A DNA stretch of 64,000 nt from positions 1 through 64,000 of the forward strand of contig QPMI01000628.1 of NCBI GenBank assembly GCA_004431415.1, written 5' to 3'. Numbering within the stretch: the first letter of the stretch is position 1; every line of letters starts with the position of its first letter. The notes beneath the pieces were generated by a model. The model had not been told where the DNA came from. It worked only from the letters and a program-made list of their open reading frames with translations, and ran no database searches. Positions 12,914 to 26,096 of the stretch are shown piece by piece. The translations under genes were made by a program, and so were the position numbers. This DNA is from Cyanophora paradoxa CCMP329 (taxonomy: Eukaryota > Plantae > Glaucophyta).

Positions 12914-13143
12914 TAGTTGTTATACGAGGAACGTAGTATAACGTACTTCGGACAGCGTGAATAATGTATATTGTTACATAAATTTCGCACTCTTTGTTGC
13001 TTCGCAACAAGTACTTCTTGGGTACTTGTTGCACCTGCAACAAGTCCTACGAGCTTCCTAAGAGCTGCAGCAGTGAGCTATCGCTGCAGCTGCTGCAGCT
13101 TCTCTTCAGAGTTGCTTGATAGCAGCTTCGCTTCTTGCTCCCA
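12914..13143 (+). repeat. Split direct repeat A1 (230 bp)
   Basis: Appears identical to 14914-15143. Confidence 0.95.
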
Positions 13144-14202
13144 TGGCAGCCCTAGCGCGCCCCCGCGGGCGCCTCCAGCTCTCCCGTTTCGTCCTAATTG
13201 TGTGTCTCCTTGCGCTCCTCGTTTGCCCGGTCGCAAATGGCGCCCGGGGTGCGAAGAGAGCCAAAACCGCGACTCCCTCTCCCAATCCGCCCGATCCGAC
13301 TGTGGCGCCCTCTGCTGGCCCCAGTAGCCCACCCCTGTTCCTCCAACGCCCACCCTGAGGCGCCGGCCCCGGAGCCCGGCCCGCCAGTTATCACTCCTTC
13401 AGGCTCGAATATTTGCATCGGAACGCATGGCCCAACAGTGCCAACCCCATCCCAGCAGATTGCAGACCAAACCGTAGAGGCGTTCAATCAGCGTTTCGCA
13501 GCCATTGAACATTACCTCGGCGAAGTGATTGCAGCTCGTACCATAGGTACTGCCACCGCCAATCCAGCCCCGATTCCAACTCCGCCCATTTCGTCGGTCC
13601 CACTTGTCGATTTGACATCGAACAATGGCGGTGAAGGATCATCTTCGGGCAACACTGCGCGTGAGCGTGCTGCACGTACACGTGAGCCCCTTACTGAGCG
13701 CGAACGCCAACGTTTCCACTATAATATTACCCGTTGGAATAACCCTCTAAACAAAGAATTTGCTTTGGACACTCTCGATAATATAGCGTTAGCCGAGGCC
13801 CGTGATTATTCTGCTCTTTATATCGCACTTAGAGACCAACTCAAAAAGATCCAACGCATCAATCAGCTAGGCCTTGATCGTGCTCTTAGACTGCAAAATG
13901 TAAACCAGGCTACTGATGATTTTCAGGAGCGCCAACTTTTGTTAACTGAACAAATGTATCAGCAGCAGTTGCAGCAGTTTACGCAGAATACTGTCACAGG
14001 CATGCCGTATGGTCGCTCACAGAATTTCGCTGCTCGCCCTCCCGGCCCTCGTCTGGCGGCCTCTGGCCCTACTCGCCCACGGGCTTGCTATCATTGTCAC
14101 GATCCATCCCATATGCGTAATGTCTGTCCTGCTTTCCGTGCAGCTTGCCAGAACTGCCCTCCTGGCACTCGCCCGACTCCTCTGCCGACTCCAAACTCGT
14201 AA
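13143..14202 (+). CDS. gag: Gag-like ORF1 of the YR element
   Basis: C-terminal zinc knuckle CYHCHDPSHMRNVC (CX2CX4HX4C) and coiled-coil-like middle. Probable ATG at 13143 joined to the 13198-14202 frame across C-runs. Confidence 0.8.
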
Positions 14203-14852
14203 ATTTATTTCTTTTCACATCGATCCATCAGAATATCGATATTCATGAGTTTTTCGCTACTTATGTACGAGCAGTGTTTTGACGCCTGAGGGCATATCTT
14301 GATAGCAGAACCTGTGAACGTACTTGTGTTTTCTTGTGAGTAATTGATGATGGATTCGAAAATCGCTGCAATTTCTTGATGCCCCAAAATCGCCACTGGC
14401 GTGCATATGCATGGATGCAATTCGCGAAATCGCCTTTTTATGGCGTACATATTCATACATGTCGCAGCTCTGCCCTTTGTGGCATCTGCATGTCTTGTTT
14501 TTTGCTTTGAAAATCGCCTATGGCGTGCACTTACATCGACATTTATTGATTGCAAATTGTCAGGACAGCTCTGCCCTCGCGTGGCATCTGTTGCTGTATT
14601 TCTTTTCAGTGCACGGCACTAGTGCATACTCCCTCGCCGGAGATGGAGATTCGGTCGCCATTTTTCTTTCCCTTGCGCAGTTCAAGCATCTGGAGTTCAG
14701 GCACGCCTCCCCCCATAAATCGCTCGTTGCACTGACTGGCGACCGAACGCATCGATGGCATTATACATACGCATTTTACATATATGTGTGCTTCTGTGTG
14801 CCGTTAGAGGCCTTGCACTCGTCTGCAGGCTCTCGGCCTTCGCTCTTTTGCT

Positions 14853-15143
14853 CTTCATGGCAATTGTACAAGTAGTACCTCAATTGCAATATACGAAATG
14901 AGCGCTGTCCGAATAGTTGTTATACGAGGAACGTAGTATAACGTACTTCGGACAGCGTGAATAATGTATATTGTTACATAAATTTCGCACTCTTTGTTGC
15001 TTCGCAACAAGTACTTCTTGGGTACTTGTTGCACCTGCAACAAGTCCTACGAGCTTCCTAAGAGCTGCAGCAGTGAGCTATCGCTGCAGCTGCTGCAGCT
15101 TCTCTTCAGAGTTGCTTGATAGCAGCTTCGCTTCTTGCTCCCA
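14853..15143 (+). repeat. Internal B1-A2 junction repeat
   Basis: 62-bp copy of the right terminus abutting a 230-bp copy of the left terminus (..ctgtccgaaT/Tagttgtt.., one shared T). Confidence 0.95.
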
Positions 15144-15242
15144 CCCAACCCTCCCTAAATATATGGATGCTGTTCTGCTGTCTATATAATTCCCTCCCTT
15201 GCGTGCGGCCTCGAGCCTGCATTCTCGTGCACTATTAATTGC

Positions 15243-17167
15243 GTGCTGTTGTTTTTTCTGTCAGGTTTTACTGCTCGCTGTCTCGGAAGTGCGGATGCCT
15301 TGGCGGCATGGCGTGCAATCGGAACAAGTGATTACATCCTTTCATGGCTTCAGAACGGCTACCCTCTTGCTGGCGTCGAGCATCTGCCTCCTAGTGTACA
15401 TTACAATGCTGGTCAATCTCAGCGCCCTCGTGAGAGTACTTTCATTCGGGCAGAAATTCAGAAGCTGCTCGGTACCGGCGCTATTCGGGTGGCCCCCAAG
15501 CCCCCGAAAATTGTTTGCTCGCTATTTACGGTTCCAAAGAAGACTGGTGATAAGCTCAGACTGATTTGGGATGGCCGCCCAACAAATCGAGGTCTTCCTC
15601 CTGTCCCTTTTCGCTATGAAAATATGCGCGAGGTCATCGCCTTGCTGCGACCTGGCTGGTTTATGTTTACTATCGACCTCGAGTCGGGATATCATCATGT
15701 ACCGGTAGACCCGCAATATTTCTCGTACCTGGGCTTCCAGTACGATAGTACTTTCTTCGAATACACCGTTTTACCCTTCGGGCTCTCACATGCCCCATAT
15801 GCATTCACCAAGATCATACGTCAGGTCATTAAATTTCTCCGCGCACACGGTATTACCGTGGTATCGTATGTAGATGATTTCTGGTTTGCGGCTCCCACGT
15901 ACCAGGCCGCTGTTAATCTTCGCAATTTCATTCTCGATCTTTTTCGCCACCTGCACTTATTCATTAATGAGAAATCGGCCCTTGAGCCTGCACAGCGTGT
16001 CGAATTTTTAGGGTTTATTGTAGATTCCACATCTATGATGTTTGAGGTCCCTCTGCAGAAGCTTAGTAAGCTTCAGGACCGGCTAAAGGACGCAGCTAAG
16101 CGCATCCAGTCGTGCCAGGCTAGAGGCGTGCAATTTCAGATGTCAGCTCGTACACTCGCTTCGATTGTCGGTGTGCTTATGTCAATGGCCTTAGCTATTG
16201 CACCCGCTCGCATTCATACTCGATCCATTTATCGCAACATTGATATTACCCAGCGACAATTTCGGTGGAATGCCCGGCGGTGGTATCGCCGGAGGCCCAG
16301 GAGGAGCTTCTGTGGTGGCATGCAAATCTCGCCCGCTATAATGGGCGGTGTGCCATCCGGCCAGAGCGAATTTTCGTTGTTACGACGGATGCCAGCAAGA
16401 TCGGTCTTGGTGGTTTTGTCACCACCGAGGTTGGCGATATCTCATTCCAACAACAGTGGACTCCTGCAGAGTCGGCCCAGACGCCTGCATGGCGTGAGAT
16501 GACCGCCATTATTCGTGCTCTGCATCATTTCAGTCCTTACCTGCAGCACGTTAATTTACTAGTTCGCTCAGATAACACAAATGCAGTGCAGTACATTCTT
16601 AATGGTGGCGGTCGTAGCCCCGAGCTTACATTAATCGCCAAGGAAATTTGGAATTTCGCCTTGCAAAATTGTGCCTTCATGGATGCTGAGTGGATACCTG
16701 GAGAAACCAATAATTTCGCCGATTATCTTAGTCGCTGGTTTGCCCCTGCTGACTATCAGCTTTCCGATGCTGTTTTCCGTCGCATTGTTAACAGATATGG
16801 CTTGCCTGATGTCGATCGAATGGCATTAGCTTCCTCTGCACGTGTCCCTCGCTATAATAGCATTGATCCTTTTGACCGCCTTGCAGAGGCAGTAGACTGC
16901 TTCACTGTTGATTGGTCTCGTGATTTTAATTATGTTTTCCCCGACCCTGCAGTCCTACTGCGGGTGGTTCGTCATGCTCAAGCTTGTCGAGCTCGGATGA
17001 TTGTTGTAGTACCCGAATGGCCCTCACAGCCATGGTGGCCTATCTTGCAGGCTGCAGCTGTGGAGCCCCCTCTGCATCTTGGTCGGGGCCACACAGTATG
17101 CCTTTTCGGTCCAACTCGTGCTGCTCTTCCTGAGTGGCTGCTCCTCGCTTTTCTAGTTCAGTTTTAG
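15243..17167 (+). CDS. pol: Reverse transcriptase - RNase H - methyltransferase-like polyprotein (frameshift near 16270)
   Basis: KLRLIWD, IDLESGYHH, LPFGLSHAP, YVDD, FLG; RNase H TDAS..REM..SDN..NNFADYLSR; DIRS-type MT-like DRMA..DCFTVDW..YVFP..VVPEWPSQPWWP. Confidence 0.93.
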
Positions 17168-17204
17168 CTGTACCCAATTGCAAATTAGTGTCAAATAATT
17201 ATAA

Positions 17205-18170
17205 ATGCAATCGAGCGCACACCCTCATGCTTCTAACCATACCCTGCAGTGGATGCAGCTCGTTGGGCCCACATCTGTGCTCGCATTACGTTCTACGCAA
17301 ACCAGCATCTTGCCCCATCCACGCGAGATGCATATGCAATGTGGGTTGGCCGTTTTCGGCAGTTCTGCATTCAGCTGGGTGTTCTACCTTTTCCCGTCGA
17401 TGCTGAGCTTTTTCTGCAGTTCGTAATGAGTGTGAGACCTTGCGGTTTGATACCTCAGTTTTCAGCTCAGTGCTTATTCAGCACGTCCTCACGGGCTTGC
17501 GCCGAGTCCTAGGCGATGGCCCCACTCGCCCAGCGGCCGTCCTTTCGGTCGAACATATTCGCCGGCTAGCGGTAGCTTCCGATCGTGTTCCATCACAGAC
17601 CCATCGTCGCTCTATTGCTATGATCACCGTCGGTTTCTTTGGCCTCCTCCGTCGCTCTGAGATTGTGCAAATTCGGCGGTCTCATTTATCTTTCCGCCCA
17701 GATGGCATGGTCCTCCGCGTCCTCGCTCTAAAACAGATCAGACTCGGATTGGTCACGAGCTTTTTATTTCGGCTCTGCCAGGCAACGTGTTATGTCCTGT
17801 TTTTCGTCTTCGTGTTTATATAGCCACTCTGCCTCCTACTGTGGATGTCGTATTTGGACAGCTTCGCAATCCTAGTGTCGCCCTTTCTCCGGCGTCTGTC
17901 GGCTTCGCACTTCAGCAGCTTCTCAACCTCGCTGGTATTGACAAATCTGGTTTCGCCACGCACAGCCTGCGCCGCGGTGGGGCCTGTGCTCTTGCAGCTG
18001 CTGGTGTTCCCGACGACGTCATTCGCGCCTTCGGACGTTGGCATCCGGATTCTCAGGTCTATCGCCGCTACATTCAAGGTTCGGCGCGGCCCGGTCTCAC
18101 CAGCGCCATGGTTCTCGCCGGGAACATCCCGACTCCCTTGCCTTCGCCGTCATCTTCGCCTTCTGCTTGA
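17205..18170 (+). CDS. Tyrosine recombinase (several frameshifts)
   Basis: LAPSTRDAY..RFRQFC N-terminal region; catalytic set GLLRRSE, K-T-D-Q (frameshifted), HSLRRGGA, GRW, RRY. Confidence 0.9.
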
Positions 18171-18433
18171 TTCCGGCGTTGTCTTTGTCTTTGGGGGCGC
18201 GGGCACCCTTGCCGCCACTGCGGACGTGCCGCATGGCGGAGGCTGCCCGCTTACCCTTCTTTTATTATTCATATGCAGATTCATATTCCCATTCATTTGC
18301 TTTACAGCTGCATGAGCATGATTTCTCTTATGTCTGTCATGCATATGATGCATGAGCGCATTCATACTGTAGAATTAGATATAGAGTAGCTGCAGACTTT
18401 CTGCATTCATAGCTAATCATTTGTAGTCTCTAT

Positions 18434-21400
18434 TTTTTTTTTTTGGTGAATTACCGGCCACAGTCTCTAGACACCAGCACTGCGGGGGCTGCCCAGGGGG
18501 CATAAAGACAAAAAAGCAAAATAACTAAGACAAGAGCACGAAGAAAGATAAGACAAAGAGCCAAAATCGACAATAAAAAAGGAAAGACACAGAGCTCGAG
18601 ACAGATCGATAGCGAGAAGAGACGATAAATCGAGCAGATCTAGGGACAGAGGATAACTGACACGAAGAAGAGCCAGAGCTAGAGATACCATCAATATCAG
18701 AAGGAATTACATCACTAAGAAGCGGGGGACAAAATTGAGAAAGATAAATAACAGGAAGAAGACAAGTAAGAGGAACAACAAGACGACATGGAGGCGGAGG
18801 CGAAGCAGGACGATGCGAAAGGGCAGAGCTACGGCACGAGGTCGAGGAGGACACAGGAGGCGGAGCAGGCGGATCAAGAGCAGGCAAAAGGACAGTCAAA
18901 GGAATCACTAAAGCCGGCCAGGGTCGAGGCGGGCAATCGAACTGCAAACGACGGCGAACAACAGGTCGAGCACGAGGACTATAGCTAGTATTGAAACTAA
19001 CTCTAGCATCAACACTACGATCAGAATCCGAACCAGACCGAACTAAACTAGAAGACGAAGAAGTACGCCGGCGCCGGCGGGATACGATCGCGACCAGCGA
19101 AGCAGAAGACGAAGGCAAAGGCGGCAGTCCGGTATCAAGAACAAAGGCCGGAGGGTCCGGCCGGCAAACCGCCGGGGGAAGTAGAAGGAGCCGCAGGCTC
19201 GGCAAGCCGGCGACGGGTACGACCACGAGTCCGGGAGGAGATCGGGGAAGCCGGTCCCGGAGCTGAGGGCCCAGGAGCAGAGCCAGGAGAAGGTAAGCCC
19301 GGCGAGAAATCTGACCCGGAGCCGGAACCCAGCGAACGACGACGACGAAGAGGCCCCGAGGAGCCACGACGGGGGAGCTACCGAGCAAAGTACTGACAGC
19401 CGGCGCCGAACACGGCGGCGGAGGTACCCCGCAGACAGTGGCAGGCGGAGAGTCCAGGGTCGATCGAGAGATCCGCCGACGGGAATGCGGCGGGGGCCGA
19501 CGAGACGGAAGAGGCCTAGGCGAGGAGGGGCCGAGGAAGGGTCGGAGGCAGGGGAAGGGCCGCGAGCAGGTGACGGGGATCGCTGCCGGCGCCGAAGAGA
19601 GGGCAGCGAAGCTGGAGAAAGGTCGGGTGGCGCCGGATCAGATGACACGGAGGTCATGGCCATGGGCGGCGCAGAGAGAGACGAGCTCGAGGGCGCAAGG
19701 GCCCGACGAGGGCGCCGGCGGCGAATCTCACGAGCGCCAGGAAGCGGGATAGGACCCGCATATGGGACCCGAGGCGCCGAAGGGGGAGCAGGGAGCCGGA
19801 ATGACGGGGAGACCGAAAAGAGGACAGTCTCGCCAACACTCGGAAGCGGGGCAGAGGCCGAGGACCCGGAGCTCGAGGGGGGAGGGAGGCGGAGGAGGAG
19901 AGAGAAGGCGGCTATTCGAAGGGTATGGAGAATCGAGAGCGGAGGCGAGGGAGGCCGAAGTGATGGCGAGCTCTGGAGGCGAGGGGGCCTGCAAGCGGAT
20001 CCGGGAAAGTGGATGCAGATGCAAAGAGACCGGGGACGTAGAGGCGGGAGGGGCATGCAAAAAGATAGTGCCGCCCAGCGTCACAGTTGCAGAAGCGGGG
20101 CAAGAAGGATGGGCTGAAGAGGGGCTGAACCAGGAGGACGTCAGAAAGAGGGCCTCGCAGGGGCGGAAGTGGAGGAGCAAGGGGAAGAGGTAAGAAGGGG
20201 TATGGAGCTGCAAGATGACCAGGGACCTGCCGGGGAACAGGCAAGTGAAGAGGCCCCGTGACAGCAAGTTGTAAGGAGGGAGGAGGCAGAGGCGGGGCCA
20301 GAGGGCCAAGGAGCACAGGGATCGGGACCGCAGGGAATGGGGGGAAAGGAGCGTCGAGAGGGGCAGCGAGAGCAGGAATAGGAATGGGCCCAAGGGTCAC
20401 TACAGGGGCCAGAGCAGGAGGGGACGGCGCAGGAGGCGGGCGACCACCAGGGATCCCCAACGGGACATTCCCACGAACGGCAAACTCCGCAGGATTCCGG
20501 AGGACAGAATCGATGTCACGCGAAGAGACGAGGCTGTCAGCACCGCCCGAAGAAGGAGCGCCGGACGAGTCAGAATCAGAGCTTGAACTAGAACGATGAG
20601 AACCGGTACCAGACTCTGAATCATGTGCGTCATCATCCGAGGCAGCCTGATCATCAGCGTCAGCAGCAGCCAAGCGAGCGCGCCGCTCCTCCAACAAGGC
20701 CGAAGCCTGCGGAAGGGTGAACTCGAGGTACGACATATTTCTGTCCCAGGCGGCAACAAGCGCGGCGCGGTTGTAAGAAGGTGCATCAATGTCAGCCTCC
20801 TCAAGATCGCACCGAGCGCGAGCAACCTGTTGGATGGAAAATACGCCAGCAAGGATCGCTCCAAGTGAGCGAAGGCAGAAGGCGGGGTTAACTTTACTGC
20901 GCAAAATGGGTCCAGATAAATCCGGAACCGAGAGGATGTGGAAGAGAGAGAGGTCAGGCACTGCGACCTCTTCACGCTCATCCGGTGGAAGAGTAGAAGC
21001 CCAGAAATTCAGGCGCTCACGAATGAAATCCCAGAACGAACGAGAAAGCGGGCACTCAGAGAAAACGTGCGCGTGAGAGCGAGCAGATCCGTCATTACAA
21101 ACCCGACAGAAACGACGGCGGGGCGACTGTTGCTCGCCCAAACGATACAATTTGAAATGCAAACGGTAAAGAGCATCGATCCAAAGCATCGGGAAACACT
21201 GAAGGACGACAAGATTAGGAAGACGGGACGGAGACAAGGCGCCGGGAAACCCCCACTTAGCATCGGGCATCTGAGCGTGGCTAGACACATCGCGAAGCCG
21301 CTGGACCTCAAGGCAGTAGAAGCGACGAACAGAGGAGAGGCGGAGAGGGAGCATACGAGCGAAAGTGAACGCAAGATTATCAAGAGAAAGAAAGGCCGAA

Positions 21401-24317
21401 GGACCTGCGCCAAGAACAAAAAGGCCAGGCAGGGTCCCGCGACGAAAAGAGAGGAAGACAGCGCTGAAGCAAACATGCAGCGGGAGCAAACGGGACAGAA
21501 TTGAATTGGAGCTCGAGGATAGGCCCACAGGGTGGGAAGCCGCAGGGCGGCAAGGAACGCGCGGTACGTAGTCCAGCACCCGTGGAATTATCTGGTTATC
21601 GCGAACGGGGAAGGCAACAAAAGTACCACTTGGGCCTCGAAGGAGAGCAAACGAGGCGTCCGGTCCGGACCACCAGAGATGCTGAGGCGGCGGTGCAGGG
21701 GCCTCGAGAACCTGGCGCCAAGTAGCCGGGAGCGCAGAGCACAGACTAGGGAAAAAGGAGTGGAGGGCGGAGGAGGCAGCTGCTGGAGCCCGGAACCCCG
21801 GGCAGCACAATCCCAGATATCGCAGACCCGCAGCAAGCCGGACCGTGCACAGCGACTCCAGTCGACCTCGTCGCCGGGAGTACTGAACAGAGGATTGAAG
21901 AAAAGAGGTTGGGATAACACTTCGGGAGAGTTACGAGGTTGACACACGCCCTGGCGCTGAGCCCACTCGGAGAGAGTCTGCTTCCAAATAGGAGGCAAGT
22001 CAAGTCTGTCAAGTGGGAGGCGGAGCGAGACAAGGGCGGGGCCATAGGAAAAAGGTGCCAGCTGAGCGTCCAGTTTGCTCAAGAGGTACTCCTTCCAAGG
22101 AGCCGAACAAGAGGGGTCAGCGAGCAAGGCCACCCACTTCATTTTCAGCGATAACGAAAAAGCTCGAATATCCGGGCAGTTGAGACCACCTTGACGCCAC
22201 GGCAGAGGAGAAATATACTTCGAAAGCTGCCCGCTCACGCCAGCAAAAGCGCGAAGCTTCTCTTGCCATGTCGAATACTGAGCATCAGGGGGTCAAGCAA
22301 ATATAGAGCATAATGTAGGGACCCAATAAATACAGCCCAGGCAAGGAGAACGCCGGAACGCATCGGCATGCGATAAGTCTTCGCTTGCTGGACACGGATA
22401 TCAAGAGCAGCGTTCTTTTTCCGCCAGAACCGAGACAGATCGGGCTCTAGTGGAAAGCCCAGGTATTTTCGAATTTTTTCAGCGGGAGGGAGATCCGTCA
22501 CCTGAAGACGCCGCCAGGGGCAGTCCTCGACGCTAGGCCAGGCATGTGCGGGGATATCGCGGAGTGGAAGAAGGCTAGATTTCTCGAGATTAATAAGAGC
22601 TCCAGAGAGCCGGCAGTATTTATCAAAGCACTCTTTCCAGAAAGGCAATTCGGTAAAAGACGAGATTAAAGGAACAGTGTCGTCTGCAAACTGGAGCACC
22701 TTGCAAAGAGAGCTAGAGGACAAGCGGACACCTCGTATACGAGCATCAGCATTAATCAAAAGGGCTAAAAGGTGTGTGCACAAATTATATAGATAGGGCG
22801 AAAGGGGCCACCCTGACGTACACCGCATCGAATGGGGAAAGGGGCGGAGGTCCAGCCGTTAATGTGAACAGAACCCTGCAGATCAGAGTAGAGCAGGCGG
22901 ACCCACTTGATAAATTGGGACCCGAAACCGAACTGTTCGAGCGACCAGAAAAGGAAGCTCCAGTTAACGCGGTCATAGGCTTTTGAAAAATCAAGAAATC
23001 CGAAGCACAGCTGTTCGAGTGCAGGATTACCGCCCTCGTAATGCATGAGAAGATAAACAAGCATAACCTGGTGCACTGCGGACCGACGATGAATAAAGCC
23101 AGACTGAAAGCGGGATACAAGACCAGACATGAGTGGCGTTAAGCGGTTGGAGAGGGCGCGCTCGACTGCACGCTCTTCGACATTAGAGAGAGAAATTGGG
23201 CGGCGATTTGCAATCAAAGTAGGGTCCGTTGCCGGTTTAGTAATAGGAGTAATGAGGACGTGCCGCAAAGACTCGGACGGCTGCCCAGACTCATACATAG
23301 CAGCGATGTAAGCACAGAAATCGGGGCCAATCTCATCAAAAAAGTGAACGTAGAATTCAGCAGGGAGACCATCGATGCCAGGAGACTTGGCTCCGCCAGA
23401 CATCTCCTTAAAAGCACGAAATAGTTCTCCAGACGATAAGTCAGAGTCAAGATCAGCAGACTCAGTAGGGAGCAGGCGGTGAGGGGAATAGAGAGAGGCA
23501 ACGCCAGACCGCTCAGCTAGCGACCGATCAACCACGGCCTGAGCTGCAGCGCCGTCATATAGTTGAGCGTAATAGGCGGAAGAAAGCTCGAGCAAAGTGC
23601 GGGGGTCGTCCGACGCGGCCTCTGGGCCTTCGGTGTCGAGGGCCCGAAGCCCCTCCGTGAACTGAGCATGAGAATCCGGTAAATAATGCTCAAAAAAAGC
23701 TTTACTAGACCGTCCATCTTGAGTTGCGGCAAAACGAATTTCTTTGCGTGAATGCTGTCTGGCATAGTCAGACACAAGCGAATTCAAGCTGCGCATCATA
23801 GAAGTGCGCAGTGTACGGAAAGCGACATCATCAATAGAGCCAGCGGCGTGGCGACGGATGAGAGCCTCGAGAGCTCGAACAGCGGAGATGTAAGCGTCCT
23901 TCCGCCTGCGCTTCTCATCAAGCTCCCAGGCCCGAACACGACGCTGGAGCTCGGATTTGAGGGCGTCCCACCGACGGACGCGATCTGTAACTAATGGCCA
24001 CGCGGCGCGCCAGTCACGAATTATAGTAGAAATGAAACCAGAATATTCCGGGCATGTGCCATACGCCGCCCAGTTCATGCGCCAGCGACCGGGGCCACGG
24101 CGAGAGATTCCGGGGGCTTTAAGTGTGAGATAGATGCCTATATGATCAGAATTGCGTGGCTCGCCGACTGCAGAGTAAGCCGTCCACGGCCGAAGCGAGA
24201 CGGCCCAATCGCGGAGGGAGGACGAGAGGAAAAAATAATCGAGCCGGGACTCAATCGTCCCGCCCGCCGGCCGCGGCCGGCTCCAGGTTTTAAAGCACGC
24301 TCTAGTGTGAGGCCCGG
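18434..24317 (-). mobile_element. 5'-truncated L1/Tx1-like LINE nested in the 3' non-coding region of the YR element
   Basis: 16-bp TSD CATTTGTAGTCTCTAT at 18418-18433 and 24318-24333; poly(A) tail at 18434-18444; ORF2 domains. Confidence 0.95.
19912..24317 (-). CDS. LINE ORF2 (partial AP endonuclease, RT, CCHC domain, Pro/Ser-rich tail), frameshifted
   Basis: SRLDYFFLS..SDH; KSPGIDGLPAEFY; RPISL; LDFSKAYDRVNW; GVRQG; QFADD; YLG; GGLNCPD; CRVC..HVFSEC. Confidence 0.93.
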
Positions 24318-24490
24318 CATTTGTAGTCTCTATATCCTTTAGTACTCTTCTTTTCCTCAATATTCTCTTCAACCATTTATACACACAATCATTCGTAACC
24401 GAATGAATTGTAAACTAGCTGCTAGGAAATCCAAATCTTTGCTGCCATTGTTGTGAGCAAGTGTGTTCGCCTGCTATCAGGAAACCTTCA

Positions 24491-24552
24491 CTTCATGGCA
24501 ATTGTACAAGTAGTACCTCAATTGCAATATACGAAATGAGCGCTGTCCGAAT
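24491..24552 (+). repeat. Split direct repeat B2 (right terminus of the YR element)
   Basis: Identical to 14853-14914. Confidence 0.93.
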
Positions 24553-26096
24553 GTACTTTTGTTTTCTCATGTGTACATGTCGCGGACCTTCAGGGCCTTC
24601 GAACTCGTTTGGCTCCGCCCGCTGAGTGTTGTTGGCCCGCTCTGCTGTGCTGTGGCTGCCCAGCTGTGCTCCCAGCCCGTGCGCTACACGCGAGATTGCC
24701 CCGAGGGGTGGTGGGGCTGTATTGGGAGCCGTCGTGCGGTCCCGGAGGGTACAGCAAGACTACTGGATATGATACGATATGATCGACAGCAAGAGGGTAC
24801 TGGGGTACATGATACGAGTGGCTCGACTCAGTGTAAACCAGGCTGGCAACATGAGATATATATATCGATCGGTATCCGCAGGGGCCGCAACGGCCCTTGT
24901 TTGCATTCCCCGGATTTTGATCTGCATCCTGCACGTGGGAGCTGTTTAGCGGTGCTTTGGAATTGGTGCGAGATGTTTCCCTAATTATAAGAAACGAATG
25001 CATGTACATGTGCGCAAGGTACGTCGCACCTCATGATCAGCCATGGCCGAATTCAAGTCACAACGTGAACGTCATCGCATTTAGGCACATAGCATCCTGG
25101 ACGAGAAACAGCCACTTTAAAGAACCCCGCAAAAGCTGCAGACGTTTCCTGGCTAGCAGGGATACAGCTTCAAAGGGGGGGGAGGAGCCCGATAGGAAAC
25201 ACAGCACGACGTCGTCAAGCCAGACAGGTTGAAAAGCGGCGCTATTCAACCATCTAAGCGTTGCATCTAAGCACCAGACGATGTGCAGGCGTCGTTCTGG
25301 ACTCCCAGCGAGCGCCAGTGACGTAGTTGGCCAAGCCATGCAACTCGCCCGCGTTTCCCACCTGGCCCGTGTGGTGTTTCCCGACCAGCACGTTACACAG
25401 ATCGCTCTCCGGCGCGAGCCGCGGGTCTCGAGTTTGCTTTATCGATCACATCAAAGCACATCTGCAGCAGAATGGCGCGCCACCGATGCGTTCCGGGCTC
25501 TGACCAACATTTGATCGGCGGACCACGCCAACCCCAAAACACACGTTTTAGCCGCCTAGAACGTCTCCAAATGAGCTGTAAGCAACTTTGAACCGCACGC
25601 TTTGGTAGCGCGCGCTCGTTTCCTTGACGAACCCGGGCACAGCAGCAAACGGCCAACCGGGTCAATCTCAGAGTCTGGCCATCGGCTCTTTGCAGCGCCG
25701 TCATCAGCTATGTTGCTAAGGTCTGCGTACGCAGTGGCACAGCGCTGCGCCCCCGCGCTGCTGACTCGCCTCACGACCAGGCTGCAGCTCTGTTTCCCAC
25801 CTCCCGGGAAACTGGCGCATGTTTCCCAGCTGGCCGGGAAACCCGTGCATGTTTCCCCCGGGAAACAGACTTTCTTAAGCCCCAGTGATATCGATCTTAA
25901 ATGATAAGTGTGAGCTCGAGATTGTGTTACTGTGAAGCGCTGCATATGTGCACCATGGACGTCGACATATATAACACCTGGCAGTTGACTTAACGATATC
26001 GATATCCTTCAGCTTGCGAGAACCAAAACATGTCAGTGCACGTGGGACTGATCATGCATGATCATATGCATGATTACATAATATTAATAACTAGTA

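Larger units (their letters stand above)
12914..24552 (+). mobile_element. Tyrosine-recombinase retrotransposon (DIRS order, PAT/Ngaro-like split direct repeats), ~5.74 kb after removing the nested LINE
   Basis: gag-CCHC, RT, RNase H, MT-like and YR domains. Repeats A1 12914-13143 = A2 14914-15143; B1 14853-14914 = B2 24491-24552. No TSD seen. Confidence 0.92.

Noticed and set aside
12914-15143. 230-bp direct repeats exactly 2000 bp apart read as LTRs of a small LTR element or as an artificial duplication
   Set aside because: No TG..CA ends, PBS or TSD. The adjacent B repeat recurring at 24491 and the YR gene explain them as split direct repeats. The round spacing appears coincidental.
15243-24317. 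Frameshifts in pol, YR and LINE ORF2 as programmed frameshifting
   Set aside because: Numerous and often in homopolymers; sequencing error or decay is more parsimonious.
24553-26080. Cys/Trp-containing short ORFs
   Set aside because: No coherent exon chain or known motif could be established.
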